Below are positions 48,412-58,870 of a stretch of 64,000 nt of DNA, piece after piece; the stretch's first letter is position 1, and each line of letters begins with the position of its first letter. The notes beneath the pieces were generated by a model that ran no database searches, was not told the DNA's origin, and was given only the letters and a program-made list of their open reading frames with translations. Both the position numbers and the translations under genes were made by a program. Source of the DNA: an uncultured virus (IMG/VR IMGVR_UViG_3300011440_000022). Its lineage: Duplodnaviria > Heunggongvirae > Uroviricota > Caudoviricetes. The stretch lies in IMG/VR virus record IMGVR_UViG_3300011440_000022; one strand, given 5' to 3'.

Positions 48412-49308
48412 TCAGGAATGGACTCGGCTTCGCAGAGAGGCGCTCACAGCCTCCCTGTGGACGTTCCTGCGAAGCGACTCCCTCCGGCTCTCTGTCTCCC
48501 CACTGACGGTCTCGATGGCCTCAGCGATGGCCTCACGGCGCTCTGCGGCGGTCATGGTGGGGTTCTTCTCTTCCAGGGCGACGATCCGCTCGTAGACCTC
48601 ACCCAACTGCTCCCCGAAGGCCTCTTGGAAGCTGGCATCGACCATCTCTTCCAGGGCTAGATCGACCAGCGGCTCGACCCCGGCAGCGACCAAAGCGAGC
48701 ATCTGACCGGAAGCAACCCTTGCCCTCGGGATAGGGAGGCCAGGCACATTCACGGCACAGACGGCGACAAGCTCCAAGCCACCGTTGATCGGTCGCCAGT
48801 CACCGGAGACCGACGAGGCACGCAAGGTGCGAAGCTGGCTCTCGGAGACATCGGGCCGGAGTGCTCCGGCTACCCAAATCCCGAACCGATCCTCGCCCAC
48901 ATTCACGTCCATCATCGCTGAGTTGGTGTTGTCGTAGTGAGCTACCGCATCGGCCACGGTTGCGTTGATGTCGGCGTGCCCACCGGTGAGCGTGATCTGT
49001 CCCACGTCCACGAAGTCGCCCTTGTCAGTCTCGACCACGCCAGTTTTGAAAAAGGCGTACTTGCTCTTCGACTTGGGGGCACGTACCGAACCACTCATCC
49101 CGATATGAGACTGTCGCCACGAGGCGATGTGGCCCCGGCACTGTCCCGAGTTCTCGACCGAAAGCGGTGAGAGTCGCAGGAAGTTCGGGTTGTCGAACCA
49201 TTCCCGAGGCGGTCTTACCGGGAAGGCCGCGGCGACCAGCGCCTTGATGTCCTCACGAACCATCCCGAATGGGGAGTGGCCGTTGTGAATCCCGTCTTCC
49301 AACGTCAC
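48412..49308 (-). CDS. Capsid maturation (prohead) protease-family protein, actinophage type
   Basis: PP..WF.NP, GHIA.W..HIG, GGHA, HYDNT, GED..GIW.AG, SGDWR, AVN.PG.P. Confidence 0.75.
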   Translation of the reverse strand: MTLEDGIHNGHSPFGMVREDIKALVAAAFPVRPPREWFDNPNFLRLSPLSVENSGQCRGHIASWRQSHIGMSGSVRAPKSKSKYAFFKTGVVETDKGDFVDVGQITLTGGHADINATVADAVAHYDNTNSAMMDVNVGEDRFGIWVAGALRPDVSESQLRTLRASSVSGDWRPINGGLELVAVCAVNVPGLPIPRARVASGQMLALVAAGVEPLVDLALEEMVDASFQEAFGEQLGEVYERIVALEEKNPTMTAAERREAIAEAIETVSGETESRRESLRRNVHREAVSASLRSRVHS

Positions 49309-49742
49309 AGCAATTCCTTTCGCTTTTCGGATCGAAGAGTCTTCAGTCTCGCGACCCTCTCTTTCTGATGGGCTATCTGTGTCTCGGTCTCGGCTTCGAT
49401 CCGGCGTATCTCGGTCACTTTCAAATTGCGTTGTCCCTCGATCAACTCCAAATGCCCTGCTCCCGATGTGACCAGCGCTTTTACATCGAGGTCAGCTACC
49501 GCATCACGCAATTCAGAAACCTTGGCCCGGCCTTCGGCAGTCATCCGAGCCAGATCGAGTTCTGACTCGTGGATCAGTGCACTCAGTTTCGAGGTCGGGT
49601 CAATTTCAAAATCGAGTTTTGAATCCTGAACTTCAGGCGCAGGCTCATTAACTCTTTTCCCCCAATCCTTCGGAGCTTTGAACCCGAAGCCATCGGCGAC
49701 GATGACCGACTCGTGTTTTTCAAAATAGAGGGTCTGGCTCAC
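49305..49742 (-). CDS. Hypothetical coiled-coil protein (head operon)
   Basis: GTGA overlap at its start and ATGA-type overlap with the protease gene. Confidence 0.6.
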   Translation of the reverse strand: MSQTLYFEKHESVIVADGFGFKAPKDWGKRVNEPAPEVQDSKLDFEIDPTSKLSALIHESELDLARMTAEGRAKVSELRDAVADLDVKALVTSGAGHLELIEGQRNLKVTEIRRIEAETETQIAHQKERVARLKTLRSEKRKELL

Positions 49743-51766
49743 ACGAGGAAGCTCCCTTCGGTCTGCCCTGAACCCCGGCGGCGACGAAGATACTCGCTGG
49801 CATCCCGGTACCCCTGCACCAGCCGGGAGCGGTTGTCCTTGAGTTTCTCAACCACGGATCGCTTGCTGGCGATGTTCCGAGCCTTCTCAGAAGTGACATT
49901 GCTGATGTCCATGCGAACCTTGGCAAGCTGGTTCCTCAGCTTGAGCGTGGGATCGAGGTTCTCGTCCATGCTCGTGTAAACCGCACTGGCCTGGTCTTTG
50001 AGCCGGTTGGCCTGTGCAGTGAGTTGAGCGGCTTTCTCCGGCGAGGCATACGCCGCCTTTTCCAAGAGGGCGTTTGCCTCTTCCTGAAAATCACTGGCCT
50101 TTCCCGCCATCTGATCGGCCCGCCGTTGAATCGCATCGGGGTCGGGTTTGATGAGGGAAAGCTGTGCCTGGATTTGGTCACGAGAGGCGCGCAGAGCGTC
50201 CAGCTTCCGGTCGTAGCCATCACGGAGCCGGTCAACCTCACCTTCGGCCTTGTCGATCTGAGAATCGGCCAGCTTGAGTTCGTCGTATCGGGCGTTCCGA
50301 AGCCATTCATCCTTCGCCCCGAGCATGTCCCTGATGTCGTCCATCTCGCCCTGAATGTCGGCTCGCAGCAACGGGTCTTCGGTGGCCCTCAGTTTCGACT
50401 CCAACTCTTCCAGCCGTCGCCGTGCACCCGCTTCCAACTGAGCGGCAAGCTCGACCTTTTGCTGAAGATTCATCGTCTTCCACTGAGAAGCCCGGCTCTC
50501 AGATTGGCCCTTGCGCCGGGCCAGGGCTGACTTGCGAGCCGCTTCCCGACGCTGCTCTATCTCGGCATCGGATAGCTCTCGGGTGGTCTTGCGATCCTCT
50601 CGGGCGTAGGGAGTGCGGGAATCGCCGGTGGGCTTCCGCTTCAGCTTGTAGCGCTTGGTGGCCGGGAACGCCGGGTACCGACTGCGAACCTCTTTTGAAA
50701 TTCGATCCCCGTAGGGGTCATCGTCGGTAGCGGCCAAGAGCGGAGCAGCACTACCCCGAGTCCCGACATGACAAGCCACTCCGAACCCACCCATCCGCTG
50801 GCAGAGATTGGTGCAATAGCCCTTGGCCCTCGGCCCGAGGTACTTGACGAGATGTCGGTGACATCGAGTCCATGAGCCGGGGGTGCCCCATCTGATCTTC
50901 GTCAGCCCGCCTTGGCCGGTCGTCCAATAGAGCCGGAGCCGCTCGGTTCCCTTGAGACCTTCCGGCGATTTGATGACGGCGAGAAGCGTCTGCATTTCCA
51001 AATTACCGAGATGATCCTCGATGACATCGAGAGCCGCCGAAGAGCGAATCTTCCGCTGCTTCACTTCCTTGGGGATGAACTCGACTCCCTTGGTCGCTTC
51101 ATCCACTTGCTCGATGACGCTCCCTTGGAGACCTTCCTCGGTGAGCACGACGATGGGCGGCGGATCGATAGAGCGGAGCGGGATGAGCCACTGCTCGTCC
51201 TCGTACCACTTGCCGTCATGTCGCCGGTAGAGAGTGGGGCCGGGAGCCAGGGCAATCAATTCCAAGACTGCGTTCTTGTCGAGTTCGTCCACGATGGCGA
51301 CGAGCTTGGTGTTCGACGGCAGTTTTGAAATCGCCGCCGCCGCCAGCACCGGATCGGGGTCAGTGGTAATCCAGGCCAGGGGGAAGACCGGACGGAAAAG
51401 CACCGAGTCACAGCCTTCCGAGAAGGCACGAGCTACGAAGGCGACATCGTCGCCCGAGAGCGGGACGGTGGCTCCCCACATCTCTTCGTTCTCGACCCAC
51501 TGGCCGTCCTCATACATGAGTCCGTCCCTGGTCAACCCGATAACCAGCGAGTCGGTGCCTGCCGCGATCAGCCCTTCGGGAAGCGTTGGGTTATCCCCAA
51601 GCAGGGCTTTTAGAGTCCGGCCCCGCTCGTTTTTCAAAACACGCCTGGCCCACACCGCCGCATCGGTCTCGTGCCACTCGACAAGCTCAAGCTCATCGAG
51701 CACCGCAGCCTCATTGAGATGCAGTGAATCGATGGACGATGGCCGGGGATAGGTACGACTACTCAC
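49739..51766 (-). CDS. Head-associated protein with a YW..G.G..KIRWG.PG...RC...L.KY...GYC module and long coiled coil
   Basis: Probable GTG start at 51766 overlapping the upstream stop; module recognised from actinophage head proteins. Confidence 0.65.
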   Translation of the reverse strand: MSSRTYPRPSSIDSLHLNEAAVLDELELVEWHETDAAVWARRVLKNERGRTLKALLGDNPTLPEGLIAAGTDSLVIGLTRDGLMYEDGQWVENEEMWGATVPLSGDDVAFVARAFSEGCDSVLFRPVFPLAWITTDPDPVLAAAAISKLPSNTKLVAIVDELDKNAVLELIALAPGPTLYRRHDGKWYEDEQWLIPLRSIDPPPIVVLTEEGLQGSVIEQVDEATKGVEFIPKEVKQRKIRSSAALDVIEDHLGNLEMQTLLAVIKSPEGLKGTERLRLYWTTGQGGLTKIRWGTPGSWTRCHRHLVKYLGPRAKGYCTNLCQRMGGFGVACHVGTRGSAAPLLAATDDDPYGDRISKEVRSRYPAFPATKRYKLKRKPTGDSRTPYAREDRKTTRELSDAEIEQRREAARKSALARRKGQSESRASQWKTMNLQQKVELAAQLEAGARRRLEELESKLRATEDPLLRADIQGEMDDIRDMLGAKDEWLRNARYDELKLADSQIDKAEGEVDRLRDGYDRKLDALRASRDQIQAQLSLIKPDPDAIQRRADQMAGKASDFQEEANALLEKAAYASPEKAAQLTAQANRLKDQASAVYTSMDENLDPTLKLRNQLAKVRMDISNVTSEKARNIASKRSVVEKLKDNRSRLVQGYRDASEYLRRRRGSGQTEGSFLV

Positions 51767-52553
51767 GCCAGGGGAACTCCATCTCCAAGCCGAGCGCTCG
51801 TGACCGGCGCTCGACGTACCACTGGAACTCGGGATGGGACTCGGCGAACTCGACTGCGGTTGGAAGGTCTCGGACTGAGGCGATGGTCGGCACAGTGAGC
51901 GAAGCGGTGATGGTCTCGGTGAGCAGAGGCTTGAGAGCGTCAGCCTCACTCTCGCCGGAGTACCGAACTTGGACTCTGAAATCATCGACCTCAGACACCG
52001 GCATCGACGTGATCTTCACGGACTTGCCCGATTGGTCAGCCGGGTCGTACAGATCGAGAGCGTTGTCTTCCACGCTGACGATGTCGTAGTCACCGATTGC
52101 TTCGATGTCGGTGAGCATGAACCACTGCCCGGTGTACCGGAGATAGCTAGTCGTGGGCGAGTCGAGCATCAGAGTGGCGACATCACCGTTGTCATCTACG
52201 AGGGCGTTCAGGGACATGCTGTTTTCTCCATCTAGGAAATCCTGCGCCACGGACACCGGCCAGGGGTAGGCGCTGATCCCCATTCTGACCGGATCGTATT
52301 GGCTGTAAGGACGGACAATGATTTTGAATCCATTATTGGTTTCACCCTTGAAATAGCCATAGATCGAGTCATCAATGCTTGTGAGGTAGACCTCTTTGTA
52401 CGCATCACCAAGGTCACGTTCTCCGGCATAGGAATAGTCGTTGCCTGCTTCCTCTTTCCACGAGAATTCCTTGAGAAGTTCCAAACTGATCGTTCCATCG
52501 ACGCTTCCGTGTGCCTCCAACGTGGCCGGATGATGGGGGAAGAACTTCTTCAT
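51759..52553 (-). CDS. Hypothetical protein (head operon)
   Basis: ATGA-coupled to the giant upstream gene; C-terminal WYVERRSRALG..FPW. Confidence 0.65.
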   Translation of the reverse strand: MKKFFPHHPATLEAHGSVDGTISLELLKEFSWKEEAGNDYSYAGERDLGDAYKEVYLTSIDDSIYGYFKGETNNGFKIIVRPYSQYDPVRMGISAYPWPVSVAQDFLDGENSMSLNALVDDNGDVATLMLDSPTTSYLRYTGQWFMLTDIEAIGDYDIVSVEDNALDLYDPADQSGKSVKITSMPVSEVDDFRVQVRYSGESEADALKPLLTETITASLTVPTIASVRDLPTAVEFAESHPEFQWYVERRSRALGLEMEFPWRE

Positions 52554-55500
52554 ACCGCTGCTCCGGCCTCACCACTGACGGCGATGGTGGGAAGCTGCGC
52601 CTTCACTTCCGGCGGCAACAAGTCCGTGACCTTCACGATGTTTCCTGCCTCGGTCATGCCGATATTTTGAAACGCATCGTCGTTCATGTTGAAGGGAATG
52701 TCTGAGCTACGAATGATTTCCTCGACCGACCGGCCACCAATCTCAGTGATGCCCTTGGCCTTCAGTTTGGCGAGAATGTCCTGTCGCTGACTTGCGCTTA
52801 CGAATATGTAGGCAACTTGTCGAGGGTCTAGTTTCTGCTTCTGCATGTATTCAAACATGCCGCCTTGAGTCAAAAATGAGTTGTTAACGGGCCGATAACC
52901 CCATGAATCACCCGTGGTAGCTGAGGTGTATATATCGAGCGACTGATTGATGAGGTCTCCGGCGAACATGAACACGCCCTCATCATCGGTTTTTGCCGAG
53001 TAGGTCTTGCCGCTGAGGTACACCCGACTCCCGGCTCCCGAGGACATGTCGCTTTCCTTGGATTGCCCGCCAGCGTAAATTCCCACCGAGAAACGCTCGG
53101 CTGCGCCCATGAGACCCCGATTCGGGCTAGAGAGAATCTCAGCGACAGTGGTGGCGTCACCGCCGCCGTACAGCCGGTGGCGGTACCAAAGGTTCCCTTG
53201 CTTGGCTGTGATGGCCTTCGCCACTTCCTTACTCAGCATCGGCACGAAGCGGCCATCTTCCAAGAGATGGATTTCCAAATCGTCAATTGTGACCTTTCGC
53301 CCGAGCGTGGCTTCTAGGTCTTTGTTCAATCGGTCGAAGACCTTCACCATGCCGACATCGTTGGGCGACAACTCTTGAACGCCACCCTCCCGGTGGGCGA
53401 ATTGCGGGGAGTGGGTCTTGTAGAGCTTGCCAAGGGCGAAGCGAGCGATCTGCTCATCGGTGGCCGGGCCTTGCGCTTCGGGCGGAATCCCGACTGCCTC
53501 CATCGCCCGACTCACCGCGGCCTGGAACTCATCGGGGTTCTCGGCCACAGCTTCGGGCACCCGAATCGTGACCATGCCCGACTCGTTCCAGCGACGTATC
53601 TCCCCGTATGAAGACCCCTTGCCCGCTGATGTTCCGCTGACTGACGAGGGAACAGCATTCATACGGACGTAGCTTCCATCGGCAAACTTGCGCTCGATAC
53701 GCCTGCCCATCTCAGCCGTGCTCGATGCTCCCGAGCCAGCACCGCCTTTGATGCTCTTCCCCGAGAAGATTTTTGCGCCGGTCTCGTCCATCGAGATAGC
53801 CCCGAGCGACGGGTCTTTGTCGAATCCAATGATGCCGTTGTCGTGCCACCCCGCCGCCACTGCCTTGTCGGTGAGCTTGACCGTCGAGGTCGGGGTCGAA
53901 GTAGCAATGGCGTGGGCGTCCCACTCGTAGCGCCTGATCGACGGCATGGATCGTTCCTGCACGTCCATTGCCCCGGTCGTTCCATCGGATGCGGCCAGGG
54001 TGAGTCGGTAGATCGGAATGCCCTTGCCGTCTTCCCCGATGTGAACCGGATCAGCAACCAGCCGAACATTGGGCACATTGCCATTGCTTGGCTTGAGTTG
54101 GTCGGACATCACCGACTTGCGAACGGAGATGACATCGCCCTTTTTCAAATCACTGGCAAGAGAGTTATCAAGATCGACCCACTTCCCGTAGGTCACGTCC
54201 TTGGAAGCAGTGAGCAAGATGTCAGACGTGACCTCGGCCCTGTCCTCCGGCATTCTGAAATGGAATTCGACAAACCGATTATTGGTCTCTGAATCTCTCG
54301 CCATCTGAGCACGCACTTGCATGTCTTCGATGTATTCGGCATCCCCGAAAGCAAACTCAAGACCGGTACCAGCGTCGGTCTCGTCACGTTGGGCGAAAAT
54401 TTCCAAACCGGCATCAGTGATTGACCGCACCGGCAGTTTGTCGGGCGTTTCATGGATCGCCCCAAGGACACCGGTAATGGGTGGTGGGTCGGGAGCAGTT
54501 TCATCACCGGAGACATCGACTGCATCGGCGGGCTTGGGCAAGTTAGTCAGCGAGCTATCGGGGATCGGAACAGCATGTTCCATGCCTTCGACGGTGAACC
54601 CGAACAGAGAAGTCCAATGACCGCTCAGAGCTTCCTCGTGGGAAAACTCGGCGGGGTCGTAGGCAACCAGGGCGGCGGGCTTCTCTGACGAGAGACCCGG
54701 CGTGAAGGCTGCGGCGTTCGGTGACGTGTCATCGATGACCGCCACTTTGGACACCTTGCCGTTGGCGACCATGTTCCCGAGGAACTCGCCTTGCTCCCCA
54801 TGCCAGCCACTCTTGACATGGCTATCAGGCAAGCTCACCACCCGGCCATCGTTGTTGATGTAGAAGAACATGTCCGTCTTGCGAACCCCGGCATCGGTCG
54901 AGAGCTTGCCCTCACCCACCGCTTTGTAAATCACCGTGCCATTGGGAAGCTGGACGATGTTCTCGGCTGACGTGACCTTGCTGACGTACTCAATCGGGTC
55001 AGGCCCGTTCAACTCGGCGTAATGATCGACCCACAATCGGGAAACAACCCGGTACTCGTAGTCGCTCTTGGCGAAGTTGTAGACCCGCACGTAGTTCGGC
55101 TTTTTGAAAACGTCGTCTTCCATGACGATGACTGCGGCCTGGTCATCGGTAGTTCGCACTCGCATTCCAACCTTGGGAGCGAACCCGTCCTTGGTCAGCG
55201 TGCGATACGGCGAGCCGGAAAGCCAGTTGTCCCGCTCCCATTGCGGCTGTGCCAGGGTCTTGCCGTCAGGGGAGACATACTTGATGGCAGCATCGGAGAT
55301 TTGTGTCTCCGTGAAATCAATCGCCATCTCGACCGAAGCCTTGGCGCTTTCGGGTAGTCCCTCTTCGGTAGTCGCCGAGGGAACCGGAGCACCATCGACA
55401 TCTTTGAGCAAGATGGTCTTGCTCAAGGTCTTCCGAATGACCTTGCCCTCATCGGTTGTGATAGCAAGCAGGGGAGCGACCTTGGCCTGCTTGCCATCGG

Positions 55501-58500
55501 GCGGGCCAACCCAATTGATTGTTCCCTCAGTGATCTTGTCACCCGGCCCGAAGGCTCGGACGTACTGACCAATGCGGGGATCGTTCCCGTCTTTGAGTTT
55601 CAAGGGCCAGAAGGGAGCATCGGTAATGGCGACATCTTCGACCGGAACCGGAACCGGAGTGCTCGGCTCGTCTATCGAAACGAGAAGATTGGCGTTGATA
55701 ATTCGGGACTTGCCGTCAGCGCCGTAAATCCTGACTGCCTGTGGGAATTGAGCGAGAGCATCATCTGTGCCCTCCCACACCTTGCCGGTGAAACCATCGG
55801 GTGCGGCAACCCATGATCCCGGTGTGAAGTCCTTGCGGGTTTTGAAACTCGCCTTGGAGAGAATCGTGTCCTTCGACTTCTTGACCGCCTCCGACTTCTC
55901 AACCACGGTGGGCTGAAGCTGCGGAATGATGTTCTTGCCGATGTTCTTCCGTAGCTCACGCTGGCGGGAACTAGTGATCGTGGTTTTTGCCCCGTTGATG
56001 GTGAACTCGGGGAGGATGGTCGCCGCATAATTGTTGTAGCCCGAGGCATGGTGTCCGACAAGGACACCTTCGTAGATGATGTCGCCATTCTTTTTGAATG
56101 TGGGAATGGTTTGCGGGATCGAAGCATCGAGAGTTGTAGCCGTCTGCAATCTGAAGCTGGTTTGACTGGCCTGCGTGCTGATCGCCAGGGTCTTGTTCTC
56201 CCCGGTCGGGCTTATCAGATAGAGATTCCCGATGATGGTCTTGTCGCCGTAGTAGCTCTTTTTCACATCGAAGGCGGCTGACTTCACGTAAAAGAGACCG
56301 GTCGAACTGTGCTCTGGATTGACGGGATTTGAAAGGATGACGCTCTGCCCCACCCACTCGTTGAGCGAAGTCTCGTTGTGATGTGTCCCGGCATCTTCTA
56401 TCGGAGGAAGGCCTTGCAAGGACGCGACGAAGTCTTCGTAGATCGAGTCCAGACCCACCGACTCGCCAATTTGAACGTGGGCATTGACTCCGGTTGTGGG
56501 ATCGGTGTAAGTCGGTGACACCCCGAGAGCCGCCAAGTCAGCCGGGGTGTAGGGAGTCGTATTCCAGGCCGTGGGCTGGTCAAGCTCTTCCGCCAAGTCA
56601 GTGTCTTCCGGCTCACCGCCAGAAAACTCGGTGCTGGTTGCGGTGTCATCGGCGGTGATGAGGTCATCCCGAAGCATCATCCCGAGGGTCTGATCCTGGG
56701 TGAAGGGATCGGGAATGTGCCACTGAGCCTTGATTTCAACGTCTTCGTTTTCCCACTCTGGCCTAGAGATGAAGCGCTCTTTGCCATCGAGCATCGAGGT
56801 CATCGCAATCGAGCTTTCCGAGATACCGTCGATCCGATAGACCACGTCATGCTGTGTGCCCGGCTTCTCAGGGTCGGGGTAGCGGTGAAAGAGGAAGTCA
56901 CCCGCCTTGGCATCCGCGAAAATGTCCTTGCTCACCAGCGCTTGGGGTTGCAGTGCCAGCGGTGGCTTGTCTGACCCCTCGTTGGAAATGGTCAGATTGA
57001 ACAGATTCCACAGTGAGTGCCCGACAAGCTGATTGTTCGTCTGAGCGACCTCGTACTGCGTATGCAGTTGATTGAAAGACTCCGTTGGCTCAACCACACG
57101 AGGGGAGTAGTGGGAACCGGGAACGGTTGTGTCCATGTAGACGGTGTGGTTGTCGGGATCGACCGCCGAGACCATTTGCAAATTCCCGGTCATGTCCACG
57201 CCGGTCACACGGAACAGCCCAATGCGCCCGCCACCGGGATAAGCAACAACGGTGTCACCAAGAACCGGGCCGAGTTCAGGATCGGAATTCTGCCATAGCG
57301 TTGCTAGTTCGGCTTCCATCTTGTTTATCAAATTCGATGGAGTGAAATTGATCGTGCCGGGTTCCCACTGATTTGAAATCGGATTCCAAAACATCTGAGA
57401 AGACACGTTGCCCTTGCCCACCGTTATCAACTTCGGCGGCGTGTACGAGGCAAACGGGTCAGCCACTCCGTACTTTTCCAAGAGGTAGTCCCGACGAGCA
57501 ATCAAGATGTCCGCTACGTCGGGGTCGAGGCCAGCACCGGAGACCATGTTCTTGATCTGTGAGGGACGAATCGCAGCGACTCGCTGCGCTCCCATCTTCT
57601 GCTCGTTCAGAGTGATCCCGGCGAAGACTTGGGACGAGGAAGGGTTGATACTTGAATTGAGGTAGCTATCGACCTCACCAACTACGCGCCCAAACTGGCT
57701 CCCCTTCGGAGCGCCTTGCGCCCGGTACTGAAGTGAGCCACCGGTGTCGATCCGATACGGCACCCCGTCCACGACCATGATGTTGTCGTGGGTCATACCG
57801 GCTACGTCCCAATTGGCGAGCCAGGCATCGACCACCATGTTTTCGCGAATCTGGCGAATCACATCGGGATCATCGAGCGCCTTGCTCAGTGGAACGACCG
57901 TGCCCTCGGGAGTGGCGCTTTTCAAAATCTTGGAAGCCACCGTCTGATGCTGGCCGAAGTAAAGGTCTGGCACCGGAACCCCGGCCACCTTGTAAAGCTC
58001 GTTCGCCAGCATCTCATTGGCACCGTGATCGAGGCTCTTGGTGCGTTTGATGTAAAACTGCGTGCCGGGTGCGATGTCCTCGTGTTCCAGGGCCAATCGA
58101 GCCGCCTCTTGGACGGCGGGATCAGTCGTGACCCACACTTTCAAATCAGCGGCATTCCTGGCTTCGTCCCACGCCGGGTTGACCCCTTGCTGATAACCGG
58201 AGCCACCGTTGCCGTAGATGACCTCTTGGTTCCCAGCCTTGTCGGTGTACGTCGCCACGAAATACTGAGGGGTGCCCATCGCACTTTTGAAAGCAAGTGA
58301 TTGGTTCGGGTAGTCGATGAAGCTGAGGTCATCGCCGAGCGACTCGGCAACTTGAGTGACGTAGTCACTCGTGGGATCGACGGCCAGTTTCTCCGTTTCA
58401 GTTGTGGTATAAAACCCGCCAGGATTGGAGCCTCCCTGTGCTCCGCTCTTGATCCAGTTGTCCATTTCCATGTCGGACTGTGGGTCGGGCGTGGAATGAA

Positions 58501-58870
58501 TGGTGCCCTTCGGAGTGGGGAGTCCGTAAGCCTGGTTGGTCGGGATGACGACATTCGCTCCGAGCTTCTCATCATCGGGCGCAACGATGAGTTTCCCGCT
58601 CGGGAGAATGTTCTCTACCCGACCCCGCTGCCAGATGCCATCGAGTAGCCAGCGAATGAAGCCGCCGGTCTCGATGAACTTCCCGTCCGGCCCACGAGGA
58701 TGAAGGTCGGGATTCCAATACGAGCCAGCGAGCAGACCAGCGGTGGCGAACCCCCGAGCACGACGAGTCGCATACCAGCGAGTCGTTCCGTCGTTGAACA
58801 TGTCGAGAAGCGACTCGACATTGTCCTCACTGAGTTCCAGACCCCGAAGTTCGGGCTTATCCAGCACCAC
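52550..58870 (-). CDS. Giant (~2100 aa) polyvalent protein: WNPDLHPRG tag, HipA/PI3K-like kinase domain, SH3-like repeats, possible C-terminal ART-like domain
   Basis: GSNPGGFY..YIK..NE.LAN.LY..DAWLANWD..DN..RIDTGG; probable GTG start 58870 with GGGAGG RBS (ORF track starts at 58942). Confidence 0.75.
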   Translation of the reverse strand: MVLDKPELRGLELSEDNVESLLDMFNDGTTRWYATRRARGFATAGLLAGSYWNPDLHPRGPDGKFIETGGFIRWLLDGIWQRGRVENILPSGKLIVAPDDEKLGANVVIPTNQAYGLPTPKGTIHSTPDPQSDMEMDNWIKSGAQGGSNPGGFYTTTETEKLAVDPTSDYVTQVAESLGDDLSFIDYPNQSLAFKSAMGTPQYFVATYTDKAGNQEVIYGNGGSGYQQGVNPAWDEARNAADLKVWVTTDPAVQEAARLALEHEDIAPGTQFYIKRTKSLDHGANEMLANELYKVAGVPVPDLYFGQHQTVASKILKSATPEGTVVPLSKALDDPDVIRQIRENMVVDAWLANWDVAGMTHDNIMVVDGVPYRIDTGGSLQYRAQGAPKGSQFGRVVGEVDSYLNSSINPSSSQVFAGITLNEQKMGAQRVAAIRPSQIKNMVSGAGLDPDVADILIARRDYLLEKYGVADPFASYTPPKLITVGKGNVSSQMFWNPISNQWEPGTINFTPSNLINKMEAELATLWQNSDPELGPVLGDTVVAYPGGGRIGLFRVTGVDMTGNLQMVSAVDPDNHTVYMDTTVPGSHYSPRVVEPTESFNQLHTQYEVAQTNNQLVGHSLWNLFNLTISNEGSDKPPLALQPQALVSKDIFADAKAGDFLFHRYPDPEKPGTQHDVVYRIDGISESSIAMTSMLDGKERFISRPEWENEDVEIKAQWHIPDPFTQDQTLGMMLRDDLITADDTATSTEFSGGEPEDTDLAEELDQPTAWNTTPYTPADLAALGVSPTYTDPTTGVNAHVQIGESVGLDSIYEDFVASLQGLPPIEDAGTHHNETSLNEWVGQSVILSNPVNPEHSSTGLFYVKSAAFDVKKSYYGDKTIIGNLYLISPTGENKTLAISTQASQTSFRLQTATTLDASIPQTIPTFKKNGDIIYEGVLVGHHASGYNNYAATILPEFTINGAKTTITSSRQRELRKNIGKNIIPQLQPTVVEKSEAVKKSKDTILSKASFKTRKDFTPGSWVAAPDGFTGKVWEGTDDALAQFPQAVRIYGADGKSRIINANLLVSIDEPSTPVPVPVEDVAITDAPFWPLKLKDGNDPRIGQYVRAFGPGDKITEGTINWVGPPDGKQAKVAPLLAITTDEGKVIRKTLSKTILLKDVDGAPVPSATTEEGLPESAKASVEMAIDFTETQISDAAIKYVSPDGKTLAQPQWERDNWLSGSPYRTLTKDGFAPKVGMRVRTTDDQAAVIVMEDDVFKKPNYVRVYNFAKSDYEYRVVSRLWVDHYAELNGPDPIEYVSKVTSAENIVQLPNGTVIYKAVGEGKLSTDAGVRKTDMFFYINNDGRVVSLPDSHVKSGWHGEQGEFLGNMVANGKVSKVAVIDDTSPNAAAFTPGLSSEKPAALVAYDPAEFSHEEALSGHWTSLFGFTVEGMEHAVPIPDSSLTNLPKPADAVDVSGDETAPDPPPITGVLGAIHETPDKLPVRSITDAGLEIFAQRDETDAGTGLEFAFGDAEYIEDMQVRAQMARDSETNNRFVEFHFRMPEDRAEVTSDILLTASKDVTYGKWVDLDNSLASDLKKGDVISVRKSVMSDQLKPSNGNVPNVRLVADPVHIGEDGKGIPIYRLTLAASDGTTGAMDVQERSMPSIRRYEWDAHAIATSTPTSTVKLTDKAVAAGWHDNGIIGFDKDPSLGAISMDETGAKIFSGKSIKGGAGSGASSTAEMGRRIERKFADGSYVRMNAVPSSVSGTSAGKGSSYGEIRRWNESGMVTIRVPEAVAENPDEFQAAVSRAMEAVGIPPEAQGPATDEQIARFALGKLYKTHSPQFAHREGGVQELSPNDVGMVKVFDRLNKDLEATLGRKVTIDDLEIHLLEDGRFVPMLSKEVAKAITAKQGNLWYRHRLYGGGDATTVAEILSSPNRGLMGAAERFSVGIYAGGQSKESDMSSGAGSRVYLSGKTYSAKTDDEGVFMFAGDLINQSLDIYTSATTGDSWGYRPVNNSFLTQGGMFEYMQKQKLDPRQVAYIFVSASQRQDILAKLKAKGITEIGGRSVEEIIRSSDIPFNMNDDAFQNIGMTEAGNIVKVTDLLPPEVKAQLPTIAVSGEAGAAV

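Noticed and set aside
51767..51985. N-terminal extension of the 748-aa ORF
   Set aside because: Overlaps the upstream gene by more than 200 nt with Ser/Pro-rich shadow sequence; GTG 51766 gives a normal short overlap
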